Below, piece by piece: positions 1 through 9,872 of a stretch of DNA of 55,806 nt. Source of the stretch: a virus (lineage: Duplodnaviria; Caudoviricetes); IMG/VR virus record IMGVR_UViG_3300037780_000011, positions 1-55,806 of that record; one strand, given 5' to 3'. The notes below the pieces were generated by a model. It saw only the letters and a list, made by a program, of their open reading frames with translations, ran no database searches and was not told the origin of the DNA. Both the position numbers and the translations under genes were made by a program. Every line of letters begins with the position of its first letter. Position 1 is the stretch's first letter.

Positions 1-127
1 GCTTGCGCTAACTGCTCTATCACCAAAGCCAAAAACTCCGAACATCGGAGACCCAAGGACACGGGGCTACAACGTAAACCAGCGTGGTTCCGCTCTCGAC
101 CATCAGATCATCTACGGACGTGCGCGC
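1..127. repeat. 127-nt direct repeat identical to 55680-55806; most likely the assembler overlap of a circular contig
   Basis: The first and last 127 nt are identical, and a gene reads in frame across the junction. Confidence 0.95.
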
Positions 128-2725
128 GTTGGTGGTGCAATCGTGTTCCGTGGAACGACAGGAACGGACAACAAGTTCCTGCATGAAGTAATTGCCTATA
201 CGGGGCATGAGATTGAATCGTTTGATGAGATTTACATTAATGATGAAATTGTCACGCTTGATGGAAGTGGGAATGTAACAAGCCCGTCTCGATACAACGG
301 CTTTGTTCGTATCAAAAAATATCTCGGAACCGCAGATCAAACCGCTGATCCTGACCTCGTTGCAGAAGTGGCTGAGTGGACGAATGATCACAGGTTACGT
401 GGATGTTCTTACCTCTACATTCGCTACTCATTTGACGGTGACGTATTCCCGAACGGGGTTCCGCAGGTCACAGCAACGATCAAAGGAAAGAAGGTTTACG
501 ATCCTCGCTCGGACACAACCGCATGGTCAGACAACCCTGCGCTTTGCTTGCGCGATTACCTCACGAACGGCTACGGGCTGGACGAGGCCGCAGCGAATGT
601 TGATGACACGCTGATTGGCACGGCGGCGGACGTTTGTGACGAAACGGATACAGACGCAGGGACTACACGCTACACCTGTAACGGCAACTTCACGACGCAA
701 GACACGCCATACGACATCCTGAACGACCTGCTAACCTGTATGGGTGGTCTTCTTTGGTATGCACAAGGCAAGTGGCGCATGAAGCCCGCTTACTGGACTG
801 CGCCATCCGTGGAGTTCACGGAAGACGATCTGCGCTCAAGCGTGTCTGTCAAAACGCGACATTCACGCCGTGACAACTTCAACACTGTTAAAGGGACGTT
901 CCGTGGCGAGGAAACGGACTGGCAAGTTACGGACTACCCGGAAGTCACAAACCAAACCTTCATTGACGCTGACAATGGGCAGGAAAGCGTTGTCGATATT
1001 GAACTGCCGTTCACGGATAACTCAATTGAAGCACGTCGCATCTCGCGCATCATCCTTGAGCGCAACCGTCAGCAGTTGACGGTAAGTGCTGCCTTTGGAT
1101 TGCGGGCCTTCCAGGTGCAAGTTGGCGACAACATCCAGCTATCTATTGACAGGTTCGGGTGGGCACAGAAAGAGTTTGAAGTCGTCGCGTGGACCTTCGG
1201 ACTTGCTGAGGGGATGGAACTCCAAGTCCAGATGACTCTTCGTGAAATCAGCGAGAGCGTATTTGACGAGGTGGACGATGGTATCGTTTACGAGCGTGAC
1301 AACACAACACTTGTTTCGGCATTTGAGGCTCAGGCTCCTGGTATCGCATTGGACGCGGAATTGCGGATCATAAACGAGCAAGTCGCTGGCGTTCTGAAGA
1401 TTAACCTGACAGGCGGCGACGCAGGGTTCAGGGATTACTTCGAGGTTGAATACAAACCGTCTAGTGAGTCAGAATACATTTTTGTCGGCAGTGGGACTGA
1501 CAAGAGATTTGAAGTTCCATTCATTCAGGACGGCAACTATGATGTCAGAGCAAGGTCCGTTAGCTACCTTGGGGTCAGAAGCCCATACAACACGATCACG
1601 AATTGGTATGCGTCTGTTTTTGACGCACCACCGTCCAACGTAGATAACTTTACCGGTAATGTCGTCGGGAACTCATTGCACCTCACTTGGAGTCCCGTTT
1701 CCGATCTGGACCTGTCGCATTACAAGATCAGGTATGCAACCGAAACGTCAGGTGCTTCATATCAGAACGCAGTTGATCTGGTTCCGAAAGTGTCTCGCCC
1801 AGGCGTGAGCGTTACTGTTCCTGCAAAGACAGGGACGTATTTTATCAAGGCAATCGACAAACTCGGTATCCCAAGCGCAGCAGCGACAAGTTTTGTCGTA
1901 GTGACAAATATATCACAGGTAGAAAACCTGAATGTTGTTGATACGCTCACGGAACACACAGCGTTTTCCGGTTCAAAGACTGATGTTGTAAGAACGGAGA
2001 ACGGTGGTGATCCGTATATCACTTTGGATACGGATGAAAACTTTGATGATGCAACAGGGGATTTTGACGACCAGTTGGGTCTTTTTGATGGCGGTGGCGA
2101 CAGTGTAGATATTGCCTCATCAGGTATTTATGAGTTCGCAAACTACATTGATCTTGGAGAAAAATACACAAGCAGGGTTCAGGTTGATCTAACGACGATA
2201 TTCTTGGATTACTCTAATACATTTGATTCTGCCCCAGGGTTATTTGACGGTAGGGAGGGTGACTTTGACGGCGACCCTTCTCAGTTTGACAGGACGAGCG
2301 TTCAAGCGCAGGTTTCATACACGGATGATGACCCGTCTGGGGCACCAACCTGGAGTGCGTGGCAAAACATATCGGTGAGCGATATATCTGCCCGTGCTAT
2401 ACGCTTCAGGGTTATCCTGTCTACTCAACTTGGTGATGTCGCACCTGCTGTTACGGAACTCACGGCAACAGTGGATATGCCTGACAGGTTGGAGTCGGAT
2501 GATGACATCACCTACACAGGCTCTAACGTCGTAACATTCCCGGTTGCGTTCAAGGCAACGCCCGCTATCGGGATCGCGGCCACCTTGGCGGACGGTGACA
2601 GGTATGTTATTTCTAGCAAAAGCAGAACCGGGTTCACGATAACGACTTACACGGGCGCATCTGTAAGCACAAACGCAACGACATTCGATTACGTTGCCAA
2701 AGGATACGGTAGAGAGATCGCATGA
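1..2725 (+). CDS. Tail tip / central fibre protein (lambda J-like, with FnIII-like repeats); 3' part of a gene that starts at 55546 and crosses the junction (about 952 aa)
   Basis: Motifs IKGKKVYDPR and SDNPALCLRDYL, FnIII-like segments, position after Dit/hub/NlpC genes. The frame is continuous: 134+142 nt = 92 codons before position 143. Confidence 0.9.
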   Translation, partial: LALTALSPKPKTPNIGDPRTRGYNVNQRGSALDHQIIYGRARVGGAIVFRGTTGTDNKFLHEVIAYTGHEIESFDEIYINDEIVTLDGSGNVTSPSRYNGFVRIKKYLGTADQTADPDLVAEVAEWTNDHRLRGCSYLYIRYSFDGDVFPNGVPQVTATIKGKKVYDPRSDTTAWSDNPALCLRDYLTNGYGLDEAAANVDDTLIGTAADVCDETDTDAGTTRYTCNGNFTTQDTPYDILNDLLTCMGGLLWYAQGKWRMKPAYWTAPSVEFTEDDLRSSVSVKTRHSRRDNFNTVKGTFRGEETDWQVTDYPEVTNQTFIDADNGQESVVDIELPFTDNSIEARRISRIILERNRQQLTVSAAFGLRAFQVQVGDNIQLSIDRFGWAQKEFEVVAWTFGLAEGMELQVQMTLREISESVFDEVDDGIVYERDNTTLVSAFEAQAPGIALDAELRIINEQVAGVLKINLTGGDAGFRDYFEVEYKPSSESEYIFVGSGTDKRFEVPFIQDGNYDVRARSVSYLGVRSPYNTITNWYASVFDAPPSNVDNFTGNVVGNSLHLTWSPVSDLDLSHYKIRYATETSGASYQNAVDLVPKVSRPGVSVTVPAKTGTYFIKAIDKLGIPSAAATSFVVVTNISQVENLNVVDTLTEHTAFSGSKTDVVRTENGGDPYITLDTDENFDDATGDFDDQLGLFDGGGDSVDIASSGIYEFANYIDLGEKYTSRVQVDLTTIFLDYSNTFDSAPGLFDGREGDFDGDPSQFDRTSVQAQVSYTDDDPSGAPTWSAWQNISVSDISARAIRFRVILSTQLGDVAPAVTELTATVDMPDRLESDDDITYTGSNVVTFPVAFKATPAIGIAATLADGDRYVISSKSRTGFTITTYTGASVSTNATTFDYVAKGYGREIA

Positions 2726-3573
2726 GTCAAAACGACTTCAACCTCACAAACCAAGGTTTCCCCGCAATGCGCGCCGATATGAACTCGGCGTTTCAGGCAT
2801 TGGCAAGCAACTCATCCGGCGCGACGGAACCTGGAACGACATACGCCTATCAGTGGTGGTATGATACCGACAATGACATCCTGAAAATGCGTAACGCAGA
2901 TGACGACGCATGGATTAACATTGCATCTTTCGATCAAGCGAGTGACACCTGGTCCCCTTATGTGGGTGCAACAGCGTTAACCGCTACAGGTGCAGAGTTA
3001 AACCTTCTTGATGGAGCGGTAGACCACGCTACAGCCGCGTGGGAGGCGGGCACGGCAACGGAGGCAGGTGTTCCTTCTCCAGCGGACGTTAAGGCGGCTA
3101 TTGATGCGCTTGGTGGAGGTGCAGACTTTTCCTCCGTTGCCGAAGACATCACTCCAGACGCCGACAGCACCCGCGATCTGGGTTCCTCAACAAAAGCATG
3201 GGCGGAAGCGCATGTTGACACTGTAATTTCTACCAACGTATCTGACGGAACCCTCTCCATACCCACCACCCATGTGACTAACGGTTCTGCGAAGGCGTGG
3301 GCTAACCTAAATGGAACAGGGACGATTGCGCTTCAGGATAGTTTTAATGTCTCAAGTGTGACGGACAATGGGACGGGGCTTTATACTTTCACTTTTTCCT
3401 CGGCAATGGATAATGCGAACTATGTTCTTTCCGGCGCAGCGGATACTGGCGCAGCGTTTGCTAATGTGGTTGTGGCCCGCACAAGGCTTGCTGGGAGCCA
3501 ACAAATTGTAACGACAAATGGAACTGCGATTGATCTTTCTCCAACCATAGCTATCCACGGAGACCTCGCATGA
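2722..3573 (+). CDS. Tail fibre / receptor-binding-type protein
   Basis: N-terminus MSQNDFNLTNQGFPAMRADMN is typical of fibre anchors. C-terminal AKAWANLNG...SFNVSSVTDNGTG fibre module. ATGA overlap with J. Confidence 0.75.
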   Translation: MSQNDFNLTNQGFPAMRADMNSAFQALASNSSGATEPGTTYAYQWWYDTDNDILKMRNADDDAWINIASFDQASDTWSPYVGATALTATGAELNLLDGAVDHATAAWEAGTATEAGVPSPADVKAAIDALGGGADFSSVAEDITPDADSTRDLGSSTKAWAEAHVDTVISTNVSDGTLSIPTTHVTNGSAKAWANLNGTGTIALQDSFNVSSVTDNGTGLYTFTFSSAMDNANYVLSGAADTGAAFANVVVARTRLAGSQQIVTTNGTAIDLSPTIAIHGDLA

Positions 3574-4004
3574 CGCACCTCTGGGACCGCCATCTCGACG
3601 CCAAGGCCCGCCTGAAGCCGGTGCAGTCAAAATACAGGGTGATATTTGAAGACCCCGCAAACCCTGACGCGCCTGCTTCTGTGCTTGTGCCTGACCCCAA
3701 CTGGATGGCCGCTGCGCTGGCTGGTGGCGTCCTGCCACCGATTGAGACCTACCTGCGGGATCGGGACGTGCCTGACGGTGAGCCGAAAGAGCATCCGTAT
3801 GCTGAACCTATCGGTCCTATGACCGAGGAAGAGGCTATCGAATACCTGATCCGAAAAGACATCCCGCCTCATATCTGGCGTGATTACCGAGGCAACCGCA
3901 CAATCCTAAAGATCGTTCCTGTATCTGCTATCACGACTGACAGGTCGAACCGCAATGCTTGGCGCGTAGCCCAAGGCCAAACACAAATTGAGGAGGCTGC
4001 ATGA
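3570..4004 (+). CDS. Hypothetical tail-fibre-associated protein
   Basis: ATGA-coupled ORF in the tail operon. Confidence 0.7.
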   Translation: MTHLWDRHLDAKARLKPVQSKYRVIFEDPANPDAPASVLVPDPNWMAAALAGGVLPPIETYLRDRDVPDGEPKEHPYAEPIGPMTEEEAIEYLIRKDIPPHIWRDYRGNRTILKIVPVSAITTDRSNRNAWRVAQGQTQIEEAA

Positions 4005-4429
4005 CCAACTCTTTTATCAATATCGACGGTAAGGTTGTTGATGCTTCCACTGTAACTTTGCCTTTGGATCGCCGCTTCCGCGATGCGTGGGTTCTGAACG
4101 GCAATGTGGTTGAAATAGATCGAGACCTTGCGTTGTCTCAAGCCCGCGACAAGGCGGAAATGGATCGCCTGACTTTTGCGACTCGCGCCGCTCAGGGCGA
4201 GTATCTGACCTTTGAAGAGGCAGCAGCATGGGCGGCTGGCAACAGCGTTCCGGCGGCGGTGCAGGCCGTGCTTGATGCCCTGCCGGAAGACGAACGAGGC
4301 CCCGCGTTGATTGATGTGTTGAGCCGACAGGTCATCAAACGAACCGGCAACCTGATGCCCGCAATCGCCGCAGCGTTTCAGACAGATAACGCAGGTCTTG
4401 ACGCTTTGTTTGGGATTGATGTGCCGTGA
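4001..4429 (+). CDS. Hypothetical tail-fibre-associated protein
   Basis: GAGGAGG RBS and ATGA coupling. Confidence 0.7.
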   Translation: MTNSFINIDGKVVDASTVTLPLDRRFRDAWVLNGNVVEIDRDLALSQARDKAEMDRLTFATRAAQGEYLTFEEAAAWAAGNSVPAAVQAVLDALPEDERGPALIDVLSRQVIKRTGNLMPAIAAAFQTDNAGLDALFGIDVP

Positions 4430-4695
4430 CACGCCTGCCCCCCTATTCCCGCTGGCGTGAAATCAAATCCGTGTTCTCACGTTTGTGGAACGTCATATGG
4501 CACCGTGGCGCCGCTGATATTCCATTGTCGGCACGAGCTTACCTGGAAGACATGCCGCAGATGGACGACATTGATAGGTTCTTCTACTGGCTCAAGAAGG
4601 AAGAGAACCATTGCCGTAACTGGGCTTACGTGGAAGCGTATCGCGCCCGTGAGATCGTCAGGAAGGCGATTGAAAAGGGACTACTTGAGGAGTAA
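4426..4695 (+). CDS. Hypothetical protein
   Basis: GTGA-coupled ORF. Confidence 0.6.
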   Translation: MTRLPPYSRWREIKSVFSRLWNVIWHRGAADIPLSARAYLEDMPQMDDIDRFFYWLKKEENHCRNWAYVEAYRAREIVRKAIEKGLLEE

Positions 4696-4698
4696 GAT

Positions 4699-4941
4699 GT
4701 GGAAGACGTAATAGCCCAATTCTGGAAAGTAATACTAGCTGCGATTGGTGCTATTGCTTGGCTGGTTAGGCTTGAGGCCCGCGCGAACCAGAACACAAGA
4801 GACCTTACGAGGTTGGAATTGCGTATTGAAAAGCAAAGAAAAGAAGACCTTGAGGCTCGCAAAGACGATTGGGGCCGCATGGAAAAGATGATGGACGAAA
4901 TGAGATCGGACATAAAGAAACTCTTAGAGAGAGGAAGTTAA
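4699..4941 (+). CDS. Small membrane protein with coiled coil, possible holin-like lysis protein
   Basis: N-terminal hydrophobic helix (FWKVILAAIGAIAWLV); directly upstream of the endolysin; GAGGAG RBS. Confidence 0.55.
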   Translation: MEDVIAQFWKVILAAIGAIAWLVRLEARANQNTRDLTRLELRIEKQRKEDLEARKDDWGRMEKMMDEMRSDIKKLLERGS

Positions 4942-4943
4942 AG

Positions 4944-5684
4944 ATGACCTACATTCCATCCCACAAAACCAAAATCATGGTCCATTGTCTTGCTACGCCG
5001 CCATCTTGGGGGATTGGAAAAACGGCGCAGGAGATGGTTGACGAGGTTCGCATCTGGCATACTCGTGATAGGGGTTGGCGTGAAATTGCTTATGCCGGAA
5101 TCATTGACTACGAAGGAAATTGGGCACCCGGTCGCGATCTGAACGATGACGAAAACACCTTTGATGATACAGGCGCTGGCGCAACAGGCCACAACTATGA
5201 CACCATTCACCTCGCGCTTGCTGGCGGTCGCTGGCCGGATGGTCGGTGGGGACTGAAAACCGACAGCTTCTACGACCACTTTACGCCGGGACAAGATCGC
5301 ACTTTGCGGGCCAAGATTGACGAAATCAATCATCTTGCTGGTCGTGAACTTGATGTTGTTGGTCACAACGATGTGACGAACCAGAAAGGGTGCCCGTCCT
5401 TCGACGTTAAGAAGTGGCTTGCTGAGAAACCGCGTCAGCGCACGTCCGTTACACAGACCCGCACCATGCGAGGCGCTGCAACGGCGACGACCGGGACAGT
5501 TGGTATGGCTGCTGTAGATGTGGCTCAGAACGTCTTGCAGGAAGCTGACACCGCCCTGCGTCCGTTCGCAGAGCACTTGCCGACCGTCGAGACGATCCTG
5601 TTGATCCTGACTCTTGCCGGTATTGCCCTCGTCGCTTACGCACGGTGGGATGATTGGAAGCGCGGTCACAAGGGACAGTCGTAA
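4944..5684 (+). CDS. Endolysin, N-acetylmuramoyl-L-alanine amidase (T7 lysozyme-like) with a C-terminal membrane segment
   Basis: VHCLAT, WHTRDRGWREIAY and VVGHND...KGCPSFDV zinc-amidase motifs. Start moved to the ATG at 4944. Confidence 0.88.
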   Translation: MTYIPSHKTKIMVHCLATPPSWGIGKTAQEMVDEVRIWHTRDRGWREIAYAGIIDYEGNWAPGRDLNDDENTFDDTGAGATGHNYDTIHLALAGGRWPDGRWGLKTDSFYDHFTPGQDRTLRAKIDEINHLAGRELDVVGHNDVTNQKGCPSFDVKKWLAEKPRQRTSVTQTRTMRGAATATTGTVGMAAVDVAQNVLQEADTALRPFAEHLPTVETILLILTLAGIALVAYARWDDWKRGHKGQS

Positions 5685-5929
5685 TGATCCGTTGGTTCCT
5701 CTCCACTCGTGTCGGGCGTTGGCTGTTCATCGCCTTCTCGATGGTGTCCGTGGTTGCTCTCGCATATCTGCGTGGAAGGTCGGAAGGTCGCAAGCAGGAA
5801 GAAATCCAACACGTTCGTCGCCGCGTAGAGGCGATGCGCGAAGCAAATGAGGTTCGAGATGACGTTCAAAGCCGCAACGATAGTGACGTGCGCGACGATC
5901 TTTCTCGCTGGATGCGTGACAACGACTGA
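5684..5929 (+). CDS. Inner-membrane spanin (Rz-like)
   Basis: N-terminal TM helix then a charged helical periplasmic part; TAATG coupling to the endolysin. Confidence 0.7.
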   Translation: MIRWFLSTRVGRWLFIAFSMVSVVALAYLRGRSEGRKQEEIQHVRRRVEAMREANEVRDDVQSRNDSDVRDDLSRWMRDND

Positions 5930-6050
5930 CTCTTGCGACTGGGCTTTACCTATTCGCCCATCGGTCAATGATGTGTTGACGGATGGCACAGTGCGTCAAC
6001 TGTTGATCCACAATGAAACAGGCGCAAGAAATTGCGGTTGGCGTCCTTGA
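5859..6050 (+). CDS. Outer-membrane spanin lipoprotein (Rz1-like), overlapping the i-spanin
   Basis: Lipobox FLAG-C, short Cys-containing mature part, overlap with the i-spanin 3' end. Start could be 5847 or 5859. Confidence 0.7.
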   Translation: MTFKAATIVTCATIFLAGCVTTTDSCDWALPIRPSVNDVLTDGTVRQLLIHNETGARNCGWRP

Positions 6051-6107
6051 CTTATCCATCCGGGTTCGGTTTACTGTAAAGGACAGCAGACCGAAAAGGA
6101 TACCCCG

Positions 6108-6452
6108 ATGCGTTACCTGTCTCTTGCGGTGATATTGGCCTCTATGCCCGCGTATGGGCAGGATATGCCGGTTGAGTGGCCTGCTGACGAGTGGAGCTTG
6201 GATCAGATCAACGAAGACCACTATCAAGTAACTTTCTATAATTCTGAACCACCATCCAGTGCAGTTTTCCCTAGATCACTCAATATGGAAGACATGGAAG
6301 TTGATTTGAATCTTGAATGGACTTCCGGCCCAGAAATTCTGTATGCCTACCCGCCAGTAGGTTGGATCGCCGACCCACCTTTCATTGTTGTTGACGACGG
6401 CTCTATTGGTTTTATTGACATCATACGTTACGAAGAATGGCAAGGAATGTAA
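6108..6452 (+). CDS. Acidic secreted protein of unknown function
   Basis: Signal-peptide-like N-terminus MRYLSLAVILASMPAYG; RBS AAAGGA. Confidence 0.65.
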   Translation: MRYLSLAVILASMPAYGQDMPVEWPADEWSLDQINEDHYQVTFYNSEPPSSAVFPRSLNMEDMEVDLNLEWTSGPEILYAYPPVGWIADPPFIVVDDGSIGFIDIIRYEEWQGM

Positions 6453-6454
6453 GC

Positions 6455-7573
6455 ATGACACCGGAACAGCAGACAGCACTAGACCTTCAAGAGCAAGGAT
6501 ACACCCGTGCGCAGATCGCGTCTCAAATGGGGATTTCCGAACATGCCGTGAAGCGCCGGTTGGCGGGTGCGCGGAAGTGGCTGGACGGCGACAAGGAGAT
6601 CACAGGAACAGCATCATCTCTTGGCGTGACAGACCCAAGGTCGCTGCGCCTCTACTGGGATAAGAACCACGAATTGCCAGACGGTCGCGTTGTAACTGCC
6701 CTTATCAACAATACGGATACGGAGGAGCAGAAGCAAACACTTGTTGATGTCCTACGCGAAACCCTGACGAACATCCCGAAATACGAACCTGTCCACGTTC
6801 CTCGGACCGAGGACAACCGCCTGACAGTATACCCACTAGTTGACGCCCATTTTGGGATGCGAGCATGGGGCAAAGAAACAGGAGGACCTGATTACGACCT
6901 AGCGCACGCAGAAAGCGACATCAAGATGGCGTTTTCCCGCTTGTGGTCCGATATGCAGGTGACTGACGACGCCCTATTGATCCTTGGCGGTGACACGCTC
7001 CACACGGACGACAACGAAGGACACACGCAGTCACGGTCGCATGTCGTTGATACGGACGGTCGTCTCTACAAGGTCACAGAGGTAGCTATTCGTTCAATCT
7101 GCTGGATCATTGATGGCCTGTTGCAGCGTCACTCAAAGGTCACTGTGCGCGTCCTGCGTGGAAACCATGACCCACACGCCCACATCGCATTGCACTTTGC
7201 TTTGTCAGCGCGTTACGGCGACATTGTTGTTCCGGCAGAGCGTGACATCTACTGGTATCGGCATGGCGTAAGCTTGATCGCTGCCCACCACGGAGACAAG
7301 GGTAACGCGAAAGACCTGTGCATGGTTGTATCTGATACATGCCCTGAGTGGTCAGCAACGCGAGACAGGCACGTTTTCACGGGGCACATCCACCATGACA
7401 GTATCAAGGACTTTCCGGGTGTGAAGTGGTGGTCACTAAAGGCTTTCTGCCCGCCTGATGAATACGGCTCCCGGTTTGGAGGCAAGCGAGCCTTGCAAGG
7501 CATTATCTTTGATGCAAAGCGAGGGTTCAAGACACAGGAAGTAGAGGGGGTTGTTCGGGATGCAACCCCCTGA
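6455..7573 (+). CDS. HTH-fused calcineurin-like metallophosphoesterase
   Basis: N-terminal HTH (RAQIASQMGISEHAVKRRL); DAHFG, GGDTLH, GNHD, HHGD and GHIHH motifs. Confidence 0.85.
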   Translation: MTPEQQTALDLQEQGYTRAQIASQMGISEHAVKRRLAGARKWLDGDKEITGTASSLGVTDPRSLRLYWDKNHELPDGRVVTALINNTDTEEQKQTLVDVLRETLTNIPKYEPVHVPRTEDNRLTVYPLVDAHFGMRAWGKETGGPDYDLAHAESDIKMAFSRLWSDMQVTDDALLILGGDTLHTDDNEGHTQSRSHVVDTDGRLYKVTEVAIRSICWIIDGLLQRHSKVTVRVLRGNHDPHAHIALHFALSARYGDIVVPAERDIYWYRHGVSLIAAHHGDKGNAKDLCMVVSDTCPEWSATRDRHVFTGHIHHDSIKDFPGVKWWSLKAFCPPDEYGSRFGGKRALQGIIFDAKRGFKTQEVEGVVRDATP

Positions 7574-7626
7574 CTGGTATGGTGAGGCGCTAGTGCTGAC
7601 CTTGGCCCTGGTCCTCGTCACCCTTG

Positions 7627-7899
7627 CTATGGTCGGGGTGGTGATGGGGGTTTAGTTCTCTCAGCGGTAATGAAAAAATCACCTACCGGCTCACCATTAA
7701 TTGTAAGACCCTTTATTTTCACCTCAAGGGTGTCCTTATCGAGTCGGTGCATATTGTGGGTGATCCACAAGGTAGACGCTTGAGCCAAGTTCCCGTCTTC
7801 CTTTTGGTATTTCTTGAAGGCGTCAAAAAATCGCCCGCCATAGAAAGCCCCATCGGGGTAATGCGTTTCAACCAGCCAGTTGATTAATTGTTTGAGCAT
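7627..7899 (-). CDS. Hypothetical protein
   Basis: ORF with GAGGAG RBS in a tightly packed minus-strand cluster. Confidence 0.55.
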   Translation of the reverse strand: MLKQLINWLVETHYPDGAFYGGRFFDAFKKYQKEDGNLAQASTLWITHNMHRLDKDTLEVKIKGLTINGEPVGDFFITAERTKPPSPPRP

Positions 7900-7903
7900 C
7901 ACC

Positions 7904-8323
7904 CTACTCCTCTGCCTCCGCGCGGATGGCCGTGGAGATTTCAGCCGCTTCCCGGTCTCGCCCGGAATTTCCCTCAACACGTGCCCATGCAATCTCAGCC
8001 GCCCGCAGCATACCACGCTTTTCCGCCTCTTCCATCATCTTATCCAGCGCCGCGATTGGCACAGTCAGTTTTGTCGCCTCGTTCACAGCGTCTGAGATCA
8101 TCTGGTCAAGGAAGGCGCGGGCGTCGTCGGGGGTGAGGGAAAGGCAGATCTCTTCCGCCTTCTGCCCAGTGTGGGACGTGAACACCGCTGGATAGGAGAG
8201 TTCCCCGCCCTCATCTTTTGTTCGGTAGCGGTTCCAGTGATAGTCGCCCATCGCTTTTGCGACCACCTTATACGCAGCCGCCACCCGTGCGTCGGCTTCG
8301 GCGCGGGGGATCATGTCAGTCAT
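7904..8323 (-). CDS. Hypothetical protein
   Basis: Coupled ORF in the minus-strand cluster. Confidence 0.6.
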   Translation of the reverse strand: MTDMIPRAEADARVAAAYKVVAKAMGDYHWNRYRTKDEGGELSYPAVFTSHTGQKAEEICLSLTPDDARAFLDQMISDAVNEATKLTVPIAALDKMMEEAEKRGMLRAAEIAWARVEGNSGRDREAAEISTAIRAEAEE

Positions 8324-8504
8324 CAATCGTGCCCTCAAATTTACCATCAACGGTCAGACCCAGCAACACATCGCAGTTGTCGTTCAGCACTTGATCGGCG
8401 TCGGACCCATACAGCACAATCTCGTAGCGCCCATCGGGTCCGTCATATGAGCAAAGCCACGGCGTCAGGGCGGGGATGCTTTGTGGTGGGATTAGGTCAT
8501 CCAT
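8316..8504 (-). CDS. Hypothetical protein
   Basis: AGGAG RBS; overlaps its neighbours. Confidence 0.55.
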   Translation of the reverse strand: MDDLIPPQSIPALTPWLCSYDGPDGRYEIVLYGSDADQVLNDNCDVLLGLTVDGKFEGTIDD

Positions 8505-8781
8505 CGGTTTTCTCCTGTAGGGCGGCGCGGGCCTCGGTCAAGCACGGCCCCGTTATGCGGCACCAGTGCGAACCGTCCTCTTCAATCGGCGAAAGGTGTG
8601 TGGCTTCATAGACCATCAAAGCAAGCGCCGCTTTCAGGGCGTCACGCTCTGCGGCGATGGCGCGGAGAACGCCCGGAACCCTGTCAAGGTATTCGCAATC
8701 AACGCGCTCCCCACTGATTTGCAGGGTGTTTACACAATCGGCTATTCTTTTCACCGCTTCCGTTGATGTGTCACTCATCAT
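8497..8781 (-). CDS. Hypothetical protein
   Basis: Coupled ORF. Confidence 0.55.
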   Translation of the reverse strand: MMSDTSTEAVKRIADCVNTLQISGERVDCEYLDRVPGVLRAIAAERDALKAALALMVYEATHLSPIEEDGSHWCRITGPCLTEARAALQEKTDG

Positions 8782-9091
8782 ACTCAATCCCATTCTCTTT
8801 CAGGATGCCCTCTAGGCGCTCGATTTCTTCCGTGGCCCATTCGTAGGCTTGCTGGAGCGCGCTGTCTTCAATCAGAATGGTGTGCGCCACGAGATCGCTG
8901 CGGCCTTGCTTGTCTTCATCAACGCTCATCTTGTTGCGAGTGCCAACGTCGTCCTCACAGAGTTCAAACGCGGCGATCATGTTGCCAGGAAGGTAAACGC
9001 TTTGTTCGTCGTTGGCGGTGATACCAAAACCGAACTTTCGGTTCCCCTCTCCCTCATCAACAATGCGAGTGATATAAACGTCACGAATCAT
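8771..9091 (-). CDS. Hypothetical protein (possible OB/cold-shock-like fold)
   Basis: RBS AAAAGGA; KFGFGIT...SVYLP segment resembles OB-fold proteins. Confidence 0.6.
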   Translation of the reverse strand: MIRDVYITRIVDEGEGNRKFGFGITANDEQSVYLPGNMIAAFELCEDDVGTRNKMSVDEDKQGRSDLVAHTILIEDSALQQAYEWATEEIERLEGILKENGIEYDE

Positions 9092-9160
9092 GATTCAGTC
9101 CTTTTCATGTGGATGCAACTGTGTTAGCAGATGTAAAGCCAGCATACAAGGAGAATGTGA

Positions 9161-9688
9161 ATGGGTAAACGCAGCAGTTTTGAGCGTAGGGCGAACGACT
9201 ACTACCCAACACCGAAGGAGGCCGTCCTTCCGCTTCTACCGCACCTTCCGCCTAACTCTACCTTCGTGGAGCCTTGCGCTGGAGATGGTCGTCTGGTTCG
9301 TCACTTGGAAGAAGAAGGACACAAGTGCCATTACTCGTGTGACATTGAACCTCATGACGTGCGTATCTTCAAAAGGGACGCCTTGGAAATCCCTCACGTT
9401 GCCGCTGATTTCGTTATCACAAATCCGCCGTTCACGCGCTCGATCCTGCACAGCCTTATTGACCATTTCGCACCTATGGCACCGACGTTTTTCCTGATTG
9501 ACGCTAACTGGATGTTCACGAAGCAAGCTGGACCTTACTTGGAACGCTGCAAGAAAATCATTACCATCGGGCGCGTGAAATGGATTGAGGGAACGAACCA
9601 GGCCGGAAAGGATGATTCCTGCTGGTATCTTTTCGGAAGCGAACCCTGCGTTACAGAATTTTACCCTAGAGTTCCCGCAAAGCGATAG
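9161..9688 (+). CDS. Small phage DNA amino-methyltransferase (N6-adenine type)
   Basis: DYYPTP, SAM-binding FVEPCAGDG and catalytic ITNPPF motifs; AAGGAG RBS. Confidence 0.85.
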   Translation: MGKRSSFERRANDYYPTPKEAVLPLLPHLPPNSTFVEPCAGDGRLVRHLEEEGHKCHYSCDIEPHDVRIFKRDALEIPHVAADFVITNPPFTRSILHSLIDHFAPMAPTFFLIDANWMFTKQAGPYLERCKKIITIGRVKWIEGTNQAGKDDSCWYLFGSEPCVTEFYPRVPAKR

Positions 9689-9872
9689 ACAACAGGCCCA
9701 TTGCCTCAATGTAACTGCTGGCGACTGATACACCGACCTCGCCATCTTCGTTCATCATCACGACAACGGCATCCGTCACGCGGTTTTCCTGCGCCAGTTC
9801 TTTCAACTGGTCCAAGAACTCCATGATGCTTTCATGTTGGTCGTCCTGCTTCGGGAACTCAATGACCTTCAC
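9666..9872 (-). CDS. Hypothetical protein
   Basis: Short ORF beginning VKVIEFPK; start uncertain. Confidence 0.5.
   Translation of the reverse strand: MKVIEFPKQDDQHESIMEFLDQLKELAQENRVTDAVVVMMNEDGEVGVSVASSYIEAMGLLSIALREL

Noticed and set aside
2722-4429. Diversity-generating retroelement or invertible tail-fibre cassette
   Set aside because: No reverse transcriptase, template/variable repeat pair or invertase was seen.
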